64,000 nucleotides of DNA from an uncultured Trueperaceae bacterium (GTDB taxonomy: Bacteria > Deinococcota > Deinococci > Deinococcales > Trueperaceae): positions 22,303 to 86,302 of the forward strand of contig CAJXNS010000001.1 of the NCBI GenBank assembly GCA_913057165.1. The letters are read 5' to 3'. Both the position numbers and the translations under genes were made by a program. The notes below the pieces were generated by a model. That model was not told where the DNA came from. It did not search any database and saw only the letters and a program-made list of their open reading frames with translations. Positions 7,373 to 17,898 of the stretch are shown here, one piece after another. Positions within the stretch are counted from its first letter, which is position 1. Each line of letters opens with the position of its first letter.

Positions 7373-8152
7373 CTACAGAATCTTTGACAGGAACGCACGC
7401 GTGCGTTCCTCTCTTGGGTCTGTGAAGAAGTGTTCCGGCGTCCCCACCTCAACGATCTGTCCTGCGTCCATGAAGATCACGCGATCGCCGACCTCACGGG
7501 CGAAACCCATTTCGTGGGTCACCACCACCATGGTCATGCCCTCTTTGGCGAGCGTCACCATCACCTCAAGGACCTCGCCGATCACTTCGGGATCCAGCGC
7601 GCTGGTGGGTTCATCGAATAGCATCACTTTGGGTTCCATGGTCAATGCACGCGCGATCGCGACCCGTTGCTGCTGACCGCCGGATAGCTGCCCCGGGTAC
7701 TTCTGTGCTTGTTCTGGAATGCCGACCTTTTCAAGGAAAAACATGGCGCGTTCTTCGGCTTGACTCTGCTTCCACTTGCGCACTCGAATGGGTGCGAGGG
7801 TGATGTTTTCCATGACCGTCAGGTGGGGAAACAGGTTGAACTGCTGAAACACCATGCCGGTCTCGCGCCGTACCAGATCGATATTGCGAACGTCGTCCGT
7901 GAGGGGCGTACCGTCGACTGTGATGACCCCTTCTTGGTGCTCTTCAAGGCGGTTAATACAGCGAATCAACGTGGACTTGCCCGATCCTGATGGGCCGATG
8001 ACCACCACGACTTCGCCACGGTTGACCGACAGGTCAATATCTTTAAGCACATGGAAATCACCAAACCATTTGTTTAACCCGGCAATGGTGATGATCTTTT
8101 CTCCCCCATCGGGAGCTTGTGAATTGGTGTGGGCGGCGGGAGCAGAATCCAT
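7373..8152 (-). CDS. aapP: Amino-acid ABC transporter ATP-binding protein
   Basis: Walker A is GPSGSGKST, the signature is [15 protein letters not shown] and Walker B is [14 protein letters not shown] 8152 is preceded by AAGGAGA. Confidence 0.9.
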   Translation of the reverse strand: MDSAPAAHTNSQAPDGGEKIITIAGLNKWFGDFHVLKDIDLSVNRGEVVVVIGPSGSGKSTLIRCINRLEEHQEGVITVDGTPLTDDVRNIDLVRRETGMVFQQFNLFPHLTVMENITLAPIRVRKWKQSQAEERAMFFLEKVGIPEQAQKYPGQLSGGQQQRVAIARALTMEPKVMLFDEPTSALDPEVIGEVLEVMVTLAKEGMTMVVVTHEMGFAREVGDRVIFMDAGQIVEVGTPEHFFTDPREERTRAFLSKIL

Positions 8153-8188
8153 AGGTGGTCTCCTTCGGTTCACGGGCGTGGGGCGACC

Positions 8189-9415
8189 TCAGCGTTCCCC
8201 AACACCGAGTTCTTTTTCAAGCTGACGGCTGGCAATGGACATACGGTAGCTGAAGAACCAGTACACGGCTGCCATAAACAAGGACAGTTCAAGCAGGACG
8301 CCGCCTGGGTAAAGAAGTGACTCTGGCTGGCTAGGAATGATGCGTCGGCCAATTTCAAAAAAGTCGTGCAGTCCAACGATGAAGACCAGCGATGTGTCTT
8401 TAAACAACCCGATGGCTTGACCGACGAGGACCGGGATGACCGCCCGTAATGCCTGCGGGAGCACAATCAGCCGCGTGGTTTGCCAGCCGGATAAGCCCAG
8501 TGCCCTTGCGGCTTCGCGTTGGCCGTTTGGCACACTTTGAAGACCGCCACGTACGTTTTCTGCCATGTAGACGGCGCTGAATAGCGTGACAGCCACCAGG
8601 GCGCGTGCGAGGGCTGGAATGGAATCAGGTGAGGTGTCAAGCAGCAGCGGGACCATCAGCGATGCAATGAAGAGCCAGGTGATGAGGGGGGCACCACGAA
8701 TGAGCTCGATGAAGCCGATACTGAAGTATTTGATGGCCGGCAAGCTACTGCGCCTACCGAGCGCCAAAGCAATACCCAGTGGGAACGACACGGTGATCCC
8801 GAAGACCGCAATGACGATGGTCAACATGAATCCGCCCCATTCCAGGGTGCGAACGGTGGCCCAAGGCCCTTCGCCACCAAGTCCGTAAACGAGAACCAGC
8901 ACGACCGGCAGGCCAGCGGACCAAAGCCAGGCTTGGGCGCGTACCAGCTTGGGTACGAACCAACCTGCGAGGTAGCCGCCGGCGGCCATGAAGGTGGCGG
9001 CGGTCCACGCTTCTCTAACGGACGGCCACGCCAACCATGCAATCACGGTGAGGACAACAACGAGGCCAGTGAGCCACGCGTACAGGCCGCCAATGATCTT
9101 GCCTTTGCCAGCCCGGCGCCCCAAGGCTGCGCTGAGTCCGGTCAGCATCAGGAAAACACCGACGGCGATCACCGGCCGCCAGGCGAGTTCCATGGGGTAC
9201 CGGTAGATGGCCAACAGTTTCAAGTTGGTCCACACCGGCTCCCACGACGCGCCGGTGACAACCCAGCGCGTGAGGTTGATGGTTGACACAACCACCAAGT
9301 ACCCGACCACCAGGGAGACGGCGGTGTTCACCCAGCCTGAGAAGAGGTTGCGCCGCAACCAAGCTTGCACGCCGCGTTGTCCCGCTGGCGGTGGTCTGGA
9401 AGGAATCATGTCCAT
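8189..9415 (-). CDS. aapM: Amino-acid ABC transporter permease (AapM-type)
   Basis: Multi-TM protein with the EAA loop region NGQREAARALGLSGWQTTRLIVLPQA. ATG 9415 has a GGAG 7 nt upstream, and TTG 9430 is an alternative start. Confidence 0.85.
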   Translation of the reverse strand: MDMIPSRPPPAGQRGVQAWLRRNLFSGWVNTAVSLVVGYLVVVSTINLTRWVVTGASWEPVWTNLKLLAIYRYPMELAWRPVIAVGVFLMLTGLSAALGRRAGKGKIIGGLYAWLTGLVVVLTVIAWLAWPSVREAWTAATFMAAGGYLAGWFVPKLVRAQAWLWSAGLPVVLVLVYGLGGEGPWATVRTLEWGGFMLTIVIAVFGITVSFPLGIALALGRRSSLPAIKYFSIGFIELIRGAPLITWLFIASLMVPLLLDTSPDSIPALARALVAVTLFSAVYMAENVRGGLQSVPNGQREAARALGLSGWQTTRLIVLPQALRAVIPVLVGQAIGLFKDTSLVFIVGLHDFFEIGRRIIPSQPESLLYPGGVLLELSLFMAAVYWFFSYRMSIASRQLEKELGVGER

Positions 9416-9416
9416 C

Positions 9417-11249
9417 TCAACGCTCCACAATCGCCATACGTGCGTTGACGATGTTCAAGACGACGGAGAAGAACCAACTGATGATTAAGTAGCTCACGAT
9501 AATCAGAATGGTGACCGGGACGCTGGCACCGGTCTGATTGGCCACCACCGCGCTAATCGCAAAAATCTCGGCGTATGCAGCCAGCGGAGCAAGCGATGAG
9601 TTCTTCGTCAGGTTCAGGTACTGGCTGATCATGGGCGGCAGGATGATGCGCACGGCTTGGGGAAAAATCACCAGTGAGAACGTTTGACGCCCGGACAACC
9701 CAAGCGCCTTGGCAGCTTCGGTTTGGCCTTTGGGTACCGCCATAATGCCCGCGCGGGTGATCTCAGCGATAAAGGTTGCTGTGTAGATCACGAGGGCGAG
9801 CAGCAACGCCAGATAGCTGGCCGTGAAGCGAAACCCTCCTGTGTAGTTTGAAACAGGAACCGACGGCGGGCTCCAAACCAGCGCGCCGGATGGGCGAATG
9901 TCAACGACCGTGTCAAGCGTGGGCGCATCGCTTGGTTCGTCGTCTGAGGCGGCGTTGGCTCCAAAGAGGTTCGAGGGCCCAAATCCTCCTGCACCCGACC
10001 GGCCGGCATCTTCGATCTCTTCAACATTTTCGGCCTGCGTGCCGACCGGGTCAAAGTTCGGAATGCGCACCGCACCGTCACGATCTGAGACCAAGTCACG
10101 CTGGAAACCTGTCACGGTTAGGACGGTACGAACGCCTTGAAATCCTTCACCTTGGGCGTCCAACTCTTCACCTTCTTGCCAAACACCATCGTTGTTGCGG
10201 TCTTCAAAAACGACCCCTGACACTGGCGCGTCGATCCAATGGATGGAGAAGCGCTCCCGGTCTGATTCGCCTAAGATCCTGATGTCAAACGTATCGTACT
10301 CGCCTTCCTCAATTACGGGAAACCGTATGACGCTGGGTTTCACCTGTCGTTGTTCCACCAGATTGGAACTGCGCGCCTCAATCGCGGCTTCAGGAACGGT
10401 CACGGTCACCGGCACGTGGCCGTAGGCAGACTCGCCACGGTCGCGCTCGCCATTACCGTTCGTATCCGTGAAGGTCACCCCACGTCCCCGTTCGGTCACA
10501 AAGTCAACCGCGACCGTGCTTGGGATGGTGGCCTGTTGGGAAGCAACCAAGTAACCCGAGGCGGCCACGACCAGCATGCCGGCCAGAGCGTAGGGCCAGG
10601 CAAGCCCGGGGCGTTCGCTTGCGCGGATCTGCCGGCGACGCATCACGAGGATGACGGCAAATAGGATGATCGCACCTAGCAACCACGGAAGCCACGCCGT
10701 GAAACCAAAACCTGGGTAGATCGCTGGAAACGCCAGACCACGGTTGGAGAATAAGATGCCGCCAGGCAGACGTATGGGTGCAGAGATCGTGGGGGGTAGC
10801 GTGGCGATGGCGGCCGTAAACCAAAAAATAATCTGTACCGAGAGCGGTGTGTTCCGAAGGATCTCGACGTACCACGTGCCGATCTGCCGTAGCAGCCAGT
10901 TGTTGCTGAGACGGGCAAGGCCGACCAGAACCCCGAGAATGGACGCGAGGATGACGCCGACGAGAGCGATTTTGAGGGTATTGAGAAATCCGATCAGCAG
11001 GGCGCGCCAGTAGGGGTCGTCTGGCGTGTACGGAATGGGCCGCTCTCCGATGGGTAGGCCGGCACGGCTTGTCAGCCAGCTGAAATCTGCAGGGAGACTT
11101 GAGCGCGCGAGTGCCGACGCGACGTTGTTCCAAAGAATCACGATGGCCGTCAGGACGACGAGCGTAAAGATGACCTGAGCCAGTAAGCCTAGGGTCTTTA
11201 CGTTTCTCCAGAACGGAATGCGTTCAGGTGTGCCTGACGCTTGCTTCAA
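9417..11249 (-). CDS. aapQ: Amino-acid ABC transporter permease (AapQ-type) with a large extra-membrane insertion
   Basis: The AapQ-like N-terminus reads FWRN...LSNNWLLRQIGTWYVEILRNTPL and the C-terminal EAA region reads KGQTEAAKALGLSGRQTFSLVIFPQA. TTG start with GGAGG upstream. At 610 aa it is far longer than the roughly 400 aa I recall for this family. Confidence 0.85.
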   Translation of the reverse strand: MKQASGTPERIPFWRNVKTLGLLAQVIFTLVVLTAIVILWNNVASALARSSLPADFSWLTSRAGLPIGERPIPYTPDDPYWRALLIGFLNTLKIALVGVILASILGVLVGLARLSNNWLLRQIGTWYVEILRNTPLSVQIIFWFTAAIATLPPTISAPIRLPGGILFSNRGLAFPAIYPGFGFTAWLPWLLGAIILFAVILVMRRRQIRASERPGLAWPYALAGMLVVAASGYLVASQQATIPSTVAVDFVTERGRGVTFTDTNGNGERDRGESAYGHVPVTVTVPEAAIEARSSNLVEQRQVKPSVIRFPVIEEGEYDTFDIRILGESDRERFSIHWIDAPVSGVVFEDRNNDGVWQEGEELDAQGEGFQGVRTVLTVTGFQRDLVSDRDGAVRIPNFDPVGTQAENVEEIEDAGRSGAGGFGPSNLFGANAASDDEPSDAPTLDTVVDIRPSGALVWSPPSVPVSNYTGGFRFTASYLALLLALVIYTATFIAEITRAGIMAVPKGQTEAAKALGLSGRQTFSLVIFPQAVRIILPPMISQYLNLTKNSSLAPLAAYAEIFAISAVVANQTGASVPVTILIIVSYLIISWFFSVVLNIVNARMAIVER

Positions 11250-11355
11250 GCCTGCCTCCGAATGACAACAAAATACGTACAGTCAAGATATCCACCGCAG
11301 TGCGATCTCGTAAACAACCATCGCTCTCGCCTACGGTTTTCGTTTAGACCGACGG

Positions 11356-11385
11356 TTGGGGCCGGCGCAGATGCGCCGGCCCCAA
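11356..11385 (-). promoter_or_regulatory. Intra-operon GC-rich stem-loop just after the binding-protein gene
   Basis: Near-perfect palindrome TTGGGGCCGGCGCA-GA-TGCGCCGGCCCCAA lying 20 nt downstream of the aapJ stop. There is no clear U-tract. Confidence 0.6.
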
Positions 11386-11404
11386 AAGCCGTCAGCTCAA
11401 AGGC

Positions 11405-12421
11405 TTAGCGGAAGGGGGGCGAGTAGAGCAGGCCACCATCGGTGTACTGCGCGTTCAAACCACGTTCAAGACCGAATTGCGTGTCAGGACCGAGGTTTCT
11501 CGCAAAGATCTCACCGTAGTTACCAACCTGTTCAATGACACGCACCATGGCTTCAGAGTCGAGACCAAGTTGCTGCATGACTTGACCGTCGAGACCGAGG
11601 AAACGGCGAACAACCGGCGCTTCGGCTGTCTCAAGCTGATCGCGCACATTGTCGCTGGTGATGCCGTACTCTTCGGCGAACATCGTCGCGAATGTCACCC
11701 ATTTCACGACATCAAACCACTGGTCATCACCGTGGAGAACCGCTGGACCGAGGGGCTCTTTCGAGATGGTGATCGGCAGAATGACGCTCGCTTCAGGATC
11801 TTGAAGGAGTGTCGAACGGCTAACCAGACCCGACATATCGGTTGTGACCGATTCGCACTGGTCCGCTTCGTAGGCGGCGTAGACCTGGTCTGCGGTTTCG
11901 AACAGCAGCGGCGTGTAAGAAATATCGAGTGCCGCCATGACGTCCGCCAGGTTGAGCTCCGTGGTGGTACCCGACTGCACACAGATGGTCGTGCCTTCAA
12001 AGTCTTGGACTTGGGAGATGCCCGAGGCGCGCTTCACGGTGAAGCCTTGACCGTCGTAGAAGGTCGTCGGCGCAAAGTTCAGGCCGACTTCACTGTCACG
12101 GCTTGACGTCCAGGTGGTGTTGCGAATCAGGACGTCCACCTCACCCGACTGCACAGCGGTAAAACGCTCGGATGCCGTGAGGGCGCGGTAGGTCACGGCG
12201 TCTGCGTCACCGATCACCGCCGCGGCAATCGCGCGGCAGAAATCGACGTCAAAGCCCGAGAAGTTGCCTTCCGAGTCGATCACACCAAAGCCAGGCAGCG
12301 ATTGGTTCACACCGCAGGCAAGGTTGCCACGTTCTTGAATTTCGGCAAGCAGTCCGCCCTGAGCTTGGGCAAATCCGCCTACCAGAAAGCTTGCGAGTAG
12401 GGCCAGCAGGATCTTACGCAT
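11405..12421 (-). CDS. aapJ: General L-amino-acid ABC transporter substrate-binding protein
   Basis: Signal peptide MRKILLALLASFLVGGFAQAQ. The AapJ/BztA-like core reads GFDVDFCRAIAAAVIGDADAVTY...ERFTAVQSGEVDVLIRNTTWT. ATG 12421 has an AAGGAGA SD. Confidence 0.85.
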   Translation of the reverse strand: MRKILLALLASFLVGGFAQAQGGLLAEIQERGNLACGVNQSLPGFGVIDSEGNFSGFDVDFCRAIAAAVIGDADAVTYRALTASERFTAVQSGEVDVLIRNTTWTSSRDSEVGLNFAPTTFYDGQGFTVKRASGISQVQDFEGTTICVQSGTTTELNLADVMAALDISYTPLLFETADQVYAAYEADQCESVTTDMSGLVSRSTLLQDPEASVILPITISKEPLGPAVLHGDDQWFDVVKWVTFATMFAEEYGITSDNVRDQLETAEAPVVRRFLGLDGQVMQQLGLDSEAMVRVIEQVGNYGEIFARNLGPDTQFGLERGLNAQYTDGGLLYSPPFR

Positions 12422-12494
12422 ATGGTTCTCCTTTACAGGCGCCGGGCGCATCTGTGAAGCGAATCGCCTTTGTGAGAATCGTCGCCCGTAAGTA

Positions 12495-12524
12495 AGTGTA
12501 CGCCTCAGAGCCTTGTCTTGTAAA
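12495..12524 (-). promoter_or_regulatory. Candidate promoter of the aap operon (TTTACA-18 nt-TACACT), leader of about 70 nt
   Basis: The minus strand reads CTTTACA-AGACAAGGCTCTGAGGCG-TACACT. An AT-rich tract lies upstream at 12538-12585. Confidence 0.45.
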
Positions 12525-12651
12525 GAACTTCACGTATTTAATTACGGCTGATTTGTATGATTATGATTTTTTGCTAAACGAGAGCCCTTAAGGAAAATGC
12601 TTGCGCCATCACTTCCATCTAGCGCACCCCTACGTCAAGGTGACCGGTCTG

Positions 12652-12690
12652 CATAAATAAATGCGCGAGGTGATTTTCCACCTCGCGCAT
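12652..12690 (-). terminator. Intrinsic terminator of the V-ATPase operon
   Basis: On the minus strand a 12-bp stem ATGCGCGAGGTG / CACCTCGCGCAT with a 6-nt loop is followed by TTATTTATG. It lies 23 nt after the atpD stop. Confidence 0.8.
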
Positions 12691-12712
12691 CGCACCGTGC
12701 TGAGAAACGTCG

Positions 12713-13360
12713 TCAAGCGCTGCTGCTCGCAGGCTCCTTTTCGTTACTTTCAAGCTTGGCCTTAATCTTCTTCAAAACGGTCACTTCTTCAAGCGCCCGC
12801 TGATCTAGAACGCTTCGAATCGAACGGATCTGATAATTAATGCCAGGAATCACCAGTTGCTCAAGCGCATTCACGCGCCGGTTGGTCTTTTTGATCTCCT
12901 CGCCGATGCGCCGCAAACGCGTTTCGGTTGCTGCCACGCGAACGATGGCGCGCGTCAGGTTACGAAACTCTTCAGCCGCCTCGAGGGTACGTCCACCCAC
13001 CCCAATCGGGCTAAACGGCAGACTGTCGTCAAACGTGGGGGTTTGAACCTCAGGCACCTTGACGCCAAACAAGTTCTCAACCTTGATATCCACACCCACG
13101 GCTTGATCGTTGGCAAGCGCCAGACTCTTCACGCCGCTGGGGCCATCCCAGGCATTGGCCAGGAACAGGGCAAAGTAGGCATCGCGGCTGGCACGCTGAA
13201 GTTCGCGCCGCGCTTCGAGCGATACCTTAACGAGATCGAAGAACTCAGCAATCAGAGCATCGCGCTTACGCTTCAACAGGTCCGCACCACGACCAGCCAA
13301 CTTAAGCTGGTCGCGACGTTGCAGAAGGTTTGAGCGTGTTGGGGCGACAGACTCAGCCAC
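12713..13360 (-). CDS. atpD: V/A-type ATP synthase subunit D
   Basis: 215-aa coiled-coil protein (PTRSNLLQRRDQLKLAGRGADLLKRKRDAL...) at the end of the V-ATPase operon. Confidence 0.9.
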   Translation of the reverse strand: MAESVAPTRSNLLQRRDQLKLAGRGADLLKRKRDALIAEFFDLVKVSLEARRELQRASRDAYFALFLANAWDGPSGVKSLALANDQAVGVDIKVENLFGVKVPEVQTPTFDDSLPFSPIGVGGRTLEAAEEFRNLTRAIVRVAATETRLRRIGEEIKKTNRRVNALEQLVIPGINYQIRSIRSVLDQRALEEVTVLKKIKAKLESNEKEPASSSA

Positions 13361-13369
13361 GATTCAACC

Positions 13370-14791
13370 TCAGCGCGCTTCCTTGGCGGCGCCCCACATC
13401 TCATCCATGGCAGCACCGTAGTAGTTGTCGATCTGCTCATTTTTGAGGCGCGTAAGCTCGCTCTTAGGTAGTTTCGACAGGGTCTGCCACGCAATATTGA
13501 GTGAGTCATCAATGCTGCGGTTTTCGCTCCCTTGGTCGATGAAGGCCTTCTCAAAATCATCGGCAAACGCGAGGTACAGCTTGTCGGTTTCCGACAGGGC
13601 GTCCTCCCCAGTGATGGCGACAAGTCGGCGCAAATCGAGACCGTTTGCGTATGCCGCTTGAAGCTGGTCGGCAACGTTCTTGTGATCGTCGCGCGTCTTG
13701 CCTTCCCCGATACCGTTGTTCATCAAGCGGGAAAGCGAAGGACCAGGGTTGATCGGGGGGAACACGCCTTTGTTGTGCAAGTCGCGCGCCAAGTAGATTT
13801 GGCCTTCGGTGATGTACCCGGTGAGATCGGGGATCGGGTGGGTCACGTCATCGTCGGGCATGGACAAGATCGGAAGCTGTGTGACGGAGCCTTTCTTGCC
13901 GTTCACGACGCCTGCGCGTTCGTAGATGCCTGCCAAGTCGGTGTACATGTAACCGGGGTAGCCACGACGGCCAGGAATCTCTTCACGCGCACCGCCGATT
14001 TCGCGAAGCGCTTCACAGTAGTTCGTCATGTCCGTCATGATGACGAGCACGTGGTAGTCATGCTCAAACGCGAGGTACTCCGCTGCCGTAAGGGCCATGC
14101 GAGGGGTGAGAATTCGCTCAACCGCTGGGTCGTCTGCCTTGTTCAGGAACAACACGGAACGGGCCAACGCCCCAGTCCGCTCAAACTCTTGGGTAAAGAA
14201 CGTGAGCTCACGCTGGGTGACACCCATGGCAGCGAACACAACGGCGAACTCGGTGTCCTCACCGATCACGCTCGCCTGGCGGGCAATTTGGGCCGCAAGT
14301 TCGTTGGCTGGAAGGCCCGATCCAGAGAAGATGGGAAGCTTCTGCCCACGAACGAGACTGATCAACGTATCGATCGTGCTGACACCGGTCTGAATGAACT
14401 CTTCCGGCTTTTCACGAGAGACGGGGTTAATCGGTGCGCCGCCAATGGGGAGACGCGTGTCGGCAACGACGTTGGGAAGGCCGTCAATCGGCGCGCCGAT
14501 ACCGTTAAAGCGTCGGCCGATCATGTCCTTGCTGACGCCGAGCCGCGCCACATCCTCAACCAGGCTGACCGTGGTGGCCGACAGGTCGATCCCTGAGGTT
14601 TCTTCGAACACCTGAAGAACGGTGTACTCCTTGCTGACCTCAATAACCTGACCGCCGCGTGTACGCCCTTGGGCATCTTTGATGTTGACGATGGCGTTGT
14701 AACCAAGGTCAGGGGCGTTTTGGAGGAACAACAGCGGGCCGGAAACGTAACTGACTTCGCTGTATTCCTTCTTAAGAAGGTTGTCGCTCAT
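13370..14791 (-). CDS. atpB: V/A-type ATP synthase subunit B
   Basis: 473 aa with typical B-subunit sequence ([40 protein letters not shown]). Confidence 0.95.
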   Translation of the reverse strand: MSDNLLKKEYSEVSYVSGPLLFLQNAPDLGYNAIVNIKDAQGRTRGGQVIEVSKEYTVLQVFEETSGIDLSATTVSLVEDVARLGVSKDMIGRRFNGIGAPIDGLPNVVADTRLPIGGAPINPVSREKPEEFIQTGVSTIDTLISLVRGQKLPIFSGSGLPANELAAQIARQASVIGEDTEFAVVFAAMGVTQRELTFFTQEFERTGALARSVLFLNKADDPAVERILTPRMALTAAEYLAFEHDYHVLVIMTDMTNYCEALREIGGAREEIPGRRGYPGYMYTDLAGIYERAGVVNGKKGSVTQLPILSMPDDDVTHPIPDLTGYITEGQIYLARDLHNKGVFPPINPGPSLSRLMNNGIGEGKTRDDHKNVADQLQAAYANGLDLRRLVAITGEDALSETDKLYLAFADDFEKAFIDQGSENRSIDDSLNIAWQTLSKLPKSELTRLKNEQIDNYYGAAMDEMWGAAKEAR

Positions 14792-14812
14792 GCTTCAGTC
14801 TCCTTCGTCCCG

Positions 14813-16552
14813 TTACGCCGTCACCGCGAAGGCGTCGCCGAGCTGACCGATGACTTGGTCGCGGTAGGCAGGGAATTCGTCTTCGGGCACGTAGCGCGCG
14901 CGGTTCACTTTTTCGATCACGTCATTGCCGAGGAGCTCATCAATCGTGGCTCCACCCTCGACCGCTTTGCGTGCTTCGCCGTACAGCTTAAGCATCATCT
15001 GCAACATGCCGTACGCCTTATCAAGCGAGCAGGAGGCGTCAATCGGATCGAAGCCGTTCTGCTGCAGGAAGTCCTGCCGGAGGATGCGTCCGATTTCAAT
15101 CACGAGGCGTTCGTTGTCCTGAAGGGCGTCCGGACCAACGAGCTGCACGACCTCTTGAAGGTCGGCTTCACGTTGCAGGATATCGACCGCTTGGTTGACA
15201 AGCTCAGGGTAATCGTCGGCAACGTTCTCGCGGTACCAGTCTTCAAGGCCTTCTTTGAAGAGCGAGTACGACCGGTTCCAGTTAATCGCTGGGAAGTGAC
15301 GGCGGCGGGCCAATGAGGCATCCAACGCCCAGAAGCAACCGGTGATCCGCAGCGTCGCTTGCGTGACGGGCTCTGAGAAGTCACCACCGGCTGGGCTGAC
15401 GGCACCGATGATCGAAACCGCCCCTTGTTCACCGGCCAGCGTGTTCACGCGACCGCCACGTTCATAGAACGCCGAGAGTCGTGACGCGAGGTAAGGCGGG
15501 TAGCCTTCCTCCGCAGGCATCTCTTCGAGCCGCGAGCTGATCTCACGCAATGCCTCTGCCCAACGGCTGGTGGAGTCGGCCATGATCGACACGCGGTAAC
15601 CCTGATCACGGAAGTACTCAGCAAGGGTGATCCCGGTGTAGATGGACGCCTCACGTGCTGCCACAGGCATGTTGGATGTGTTTGCAATCAACACGGTGCG
15701 TTGCATGAGCGGGTTGCCGGTCTGAGGGTCCTCAAGTTCTGGGAACTCCACCAACACGTCCGTCATTTCGTTGCCACGCTCACCGCAGCCGACGTAAACC
15801 ACGATTTCGGCATCGCCGTATTTGGCAATCGATTGTTGTGTAACCGTCTTTCCGGAACCGAACGGACCCGGAATTGCGGCTGTGCCACCCATGGTGAGGG
15901 GGAACAACACATCGAGAATGCGCATGCCGGTCAGGAACGGCGTCACCGGGTCGAGCTTTTCTGCGACCGGGCGTGGCTGGCGAACCGGCCATGGGTGCGC
16001 AAGCTTCAGCTCGGTTCCATCTTCAAGAACGGCGACCGGTTCGTCGACCGTGTACTCGCCGGCTGCGACCACCGACTTCACGGTGCCGTTGGCACCTGGT
16101 GGAACCAGGATTTTGTGCGTGAAGCTGAATTCAGGCACGGTGCCAATGACTTGACCTTCGTGCACCTCATCGCCCACGGCGATGCTCGGCGTAAACGACC
16201 ACTTAGCGTCACGCGACAGACTGTTGACGGTAATGCCACGGTCGATGTACGTACCCGATGCTTCTTGGATTTTGTCCAGCGGGCGCTGAATCCCGTCAAA
16301 AATCCCGTTCAACATACCGGGCCCAAGTTCGACCGCCAGCGGCAGTCCCGTGGATTCCACCGGCTCGCCGACCTTCAGGCCGCCGGTATCTTCGTACACC
16401 TGCACGAACGCGGTGTTGCCGTCCAAGCGAATGATTTCGCCGACTAGGTTTTCGTTGCCCACGCGCACAATGTCGTACATGCGCGCGCCCATCATGCCTT
16501 CGGCGATGACGGCAGGGCCGGAAATTCGGGCGATAGTTCCTTTGATAGCCAT
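14813..16552 (-). CDS. atpA: V/A-type ATP synthase catalytic subunit A
   Basis: Walker A is GPFGSGKTV. The N-terminus is [15 protein letters not shown] after a GAGGAGAGG SD, and the ORF-track start at 16582 is probably too long. Confidence 0.95.
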   Translation of the reverse strand: MAIKGTIARISGPAVIAEGMMGARMYDIVRVGNENLVGEIIRLDGNTAFVQVYEDTGGLKVGEPVESTGLPLAVELGPGMLNGIFDGIQRPLDKIQEASGTYIDRGITVNSLSRDAKWSFTPSIAVGDEVHEGQVIGTVPEFSFTHKILVPPGANGTVKSVVAAGEYTVDEPVAVLEDGTELKLAHPWPVRQPRPVAEKLDPVTPFLTGMRILDVLFPLTMGGTAAIPGPFGSGKTVTQQSIAKYGDAEIVVYVGCGERGNEMTDVLVEFPELEDPQTGNPLMQRTVLIANTSNMPVAAREASIYTGITLAEYFRDQGYRVSIMADSTSRWAEALREISSRLEEMPAEEGYPPYLASRLSAFYERGGRVNTLAGEQGAVSIIGAVSPAGGDFSEPVTQATLRITGCFWALDASLARRRHFPAINWNRSYSLFKEGLEDWYRENVADDYPELVNQAVDILQREADLQEVVQLVGPDALQDNERLVIEIGRILRQDFLQQNGFDPIDASCSLDKAYGMLQMMLKLYGEARKAVEGGATIDELLGNDVIEKVNRARYVPEDEFPAYRDQVIGQLGDAFAVTA

Positions 16553-16562
16553 TGCCTCTCCT

Positions 16563-16892
16563 CTACTCCAACTTGATGTCAAAACCGATGGCGCTACGTA
16601 CCAGGTCCTTCATGTACGCACTTGCGTCACTATTTTCGTCGAAGGCGGCCCCGAGCGATGGCACCGGCAGCACCACGGGAAGGTCACGCCCTCTCATGGC
16701 CCGCTCGGACGCAGACACGGGATCCGGCACGAGGCCCTCGTCGACAATCAACAAGCCGTACTCGTCTGCTTCAATGAGCTCGTTGAGCGCTTGGAGGGCG
16801 TGCTCTTGATCGCTTACGCGAACCTCAACGCCTGCCAACCGGTAGCCGGTCGCCGTCTCAGAATCCGTCAGCACGATCGCCTTATGCGTCAT
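16563..16892 (-). CDS. atpF: V/A-type ATP synthase subunit F
   Basis: 109 aa ([24 protein letters not shown]...) lying between subunits C and A. The start overlaps the atpC stop. Confidence 0.85.
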   Translation of the reverse strand: MTHKAIVLTDSETATGYRLAGVEVRVSDQEHALQALNELIEADEYGLLIVDEGLVPDPVSASERAMRGRDLPVVLPVPSLGAAFDENSDASAYMKDLVRSAIGFDIKLE

Positions 16893-17898
16893 GGCCAAGC
16901 TCCTGAACCAAACGCTCGCGGGCAACACCGTAGTACTTACCGCGAGCAAGCAACCTCATTTTGGCGGCCTCGTCTGCTTTGTCTTGGAGGAACCTGAGCA
17001 CCACGCCCACGCCAAGCGGATCGCCTTGGGCTCTCTTGCGCAACCACAGACGAATGGCGGTGCGTATGGCTCCCTCCACCTCAGCTGCGGATTCGACCTT
17101 GCTCAATGACGCGAGCGGTCCGGTCGTCATGCGGGACAAGGCAGCAAACCCGTCGTCGACAATCGCGTCAAACACGCGTCTTGAGACGTGTTGACCATGC
17201 TCAAGAAAATACGTTTCGGCGTCCAAGCCTTTACCCGTAATCTTCAAGGCCGTGAGCACGTTCGTGGCGTCAATATTCAGGGCCACATACGCCGCAAAGT
17301 CCGGTCCAACGGAGGTCTTAGCAGCACGCTGTGCCATGGTGTCGTAGAGCGCCCGGTCGAGATCAAGTTCGACGCGGAGCAGGTCTCCATCGCTTGCGTA
17401 ACGGCGTACGGCACGCGCGAATGAAGCCGCGAGCGGATGCTTGGCGATGGCGAGTACTTGGGCGGCCGCCTGCAGATCGGCAGCTTCCGCCAACCGTTCA
17501 AGCACTTGCGGGCGGATGGTGCCCAGTCCACTCAAGGCCTCGCGAACACCTTCGGCACTTCCACCCGCGTGCATGGAGCGCGCCAGCGATTTGAGATCGT
17601 CCGTGTCGTTCTTCAAAAGCAACGTTGCCACGACCTCGTGGGGGGCGCCATCCGAGAAACGCATAAGACGGCCCGTCACATCCTGGACATGCCGCGATAC
17701 GGCGTTATCCACGGCTTGTAGGCCTGACGCCACGGCCTTGGCTTCGTCGTACGCGGACCCATACACGGTTTGGCCGACCACGTCCGTGAAAGCACGGAAG
17801 TCGGCACTATCCACCGCCGCTTGCAGCACGTCGTCGCTCAGGCCACGCGCAGACATGCCGCGAATACGAGCGTTGACGTAGCCAAAATCGCTAGACAT
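16882..17898 (-). CDS. atpC: V/A-type ATP synthase subunit C (eukaryotic d homolog)
   Basis: 338-aa helical protein at the operon position used in Thermus. The start shares one base with the atpE stop (TAATG). Confidence 0.85.
   Translation of the reverse strand: MSSDFGYVNARIRGMSARGLSDDVLQAAVDSADFRAFTDVVGQTVYGSAYDEAKAVASGLQAVDNAVSRHVQDVTGRLMRFSDGAPHEVVATLLLKNDTDDLKSLARSMHAGGSAEGVREALSGLGTIRPQVLERLAEAADLQAAAQVLAIAKHPLAASFARAVRRYASDGDLLRVELDLDRALYDTMAQRAAKTSVGPDFAAYVALNIDATNVLTALKITGKGLDAETYFLEHGQHVSRRVFDAIVDDGFAALSRMTTGPLASLSKVESAAEVEGAIRTAIRLWLRKRAQGDPLGVGVVLRFLQDKADEAAKMRLLARGKYYGVARERLVQELGHDA

Noticed and set aside
12555-12578. A tiny ORF ATGATTATGATTTTTTGCTAA (MIMIFC) lies in the AT-rich spacer upstream of the aap promoter. 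It was considered as a possible leader peptide.
   Set aside because: It lies upstream of the predicted -35 and on the opposite strand from the aap operon. It has no SD. The AT-rich tract is better explained as an UP-element-like promoter flank.
13532-16447. Long ORFs (354 aa and 248 aa) lie antisense to atpB and atpA.
   Set aside because: They are shadow ORFs in high-GC coding DNA opposite unambiguous ATPase subunits.
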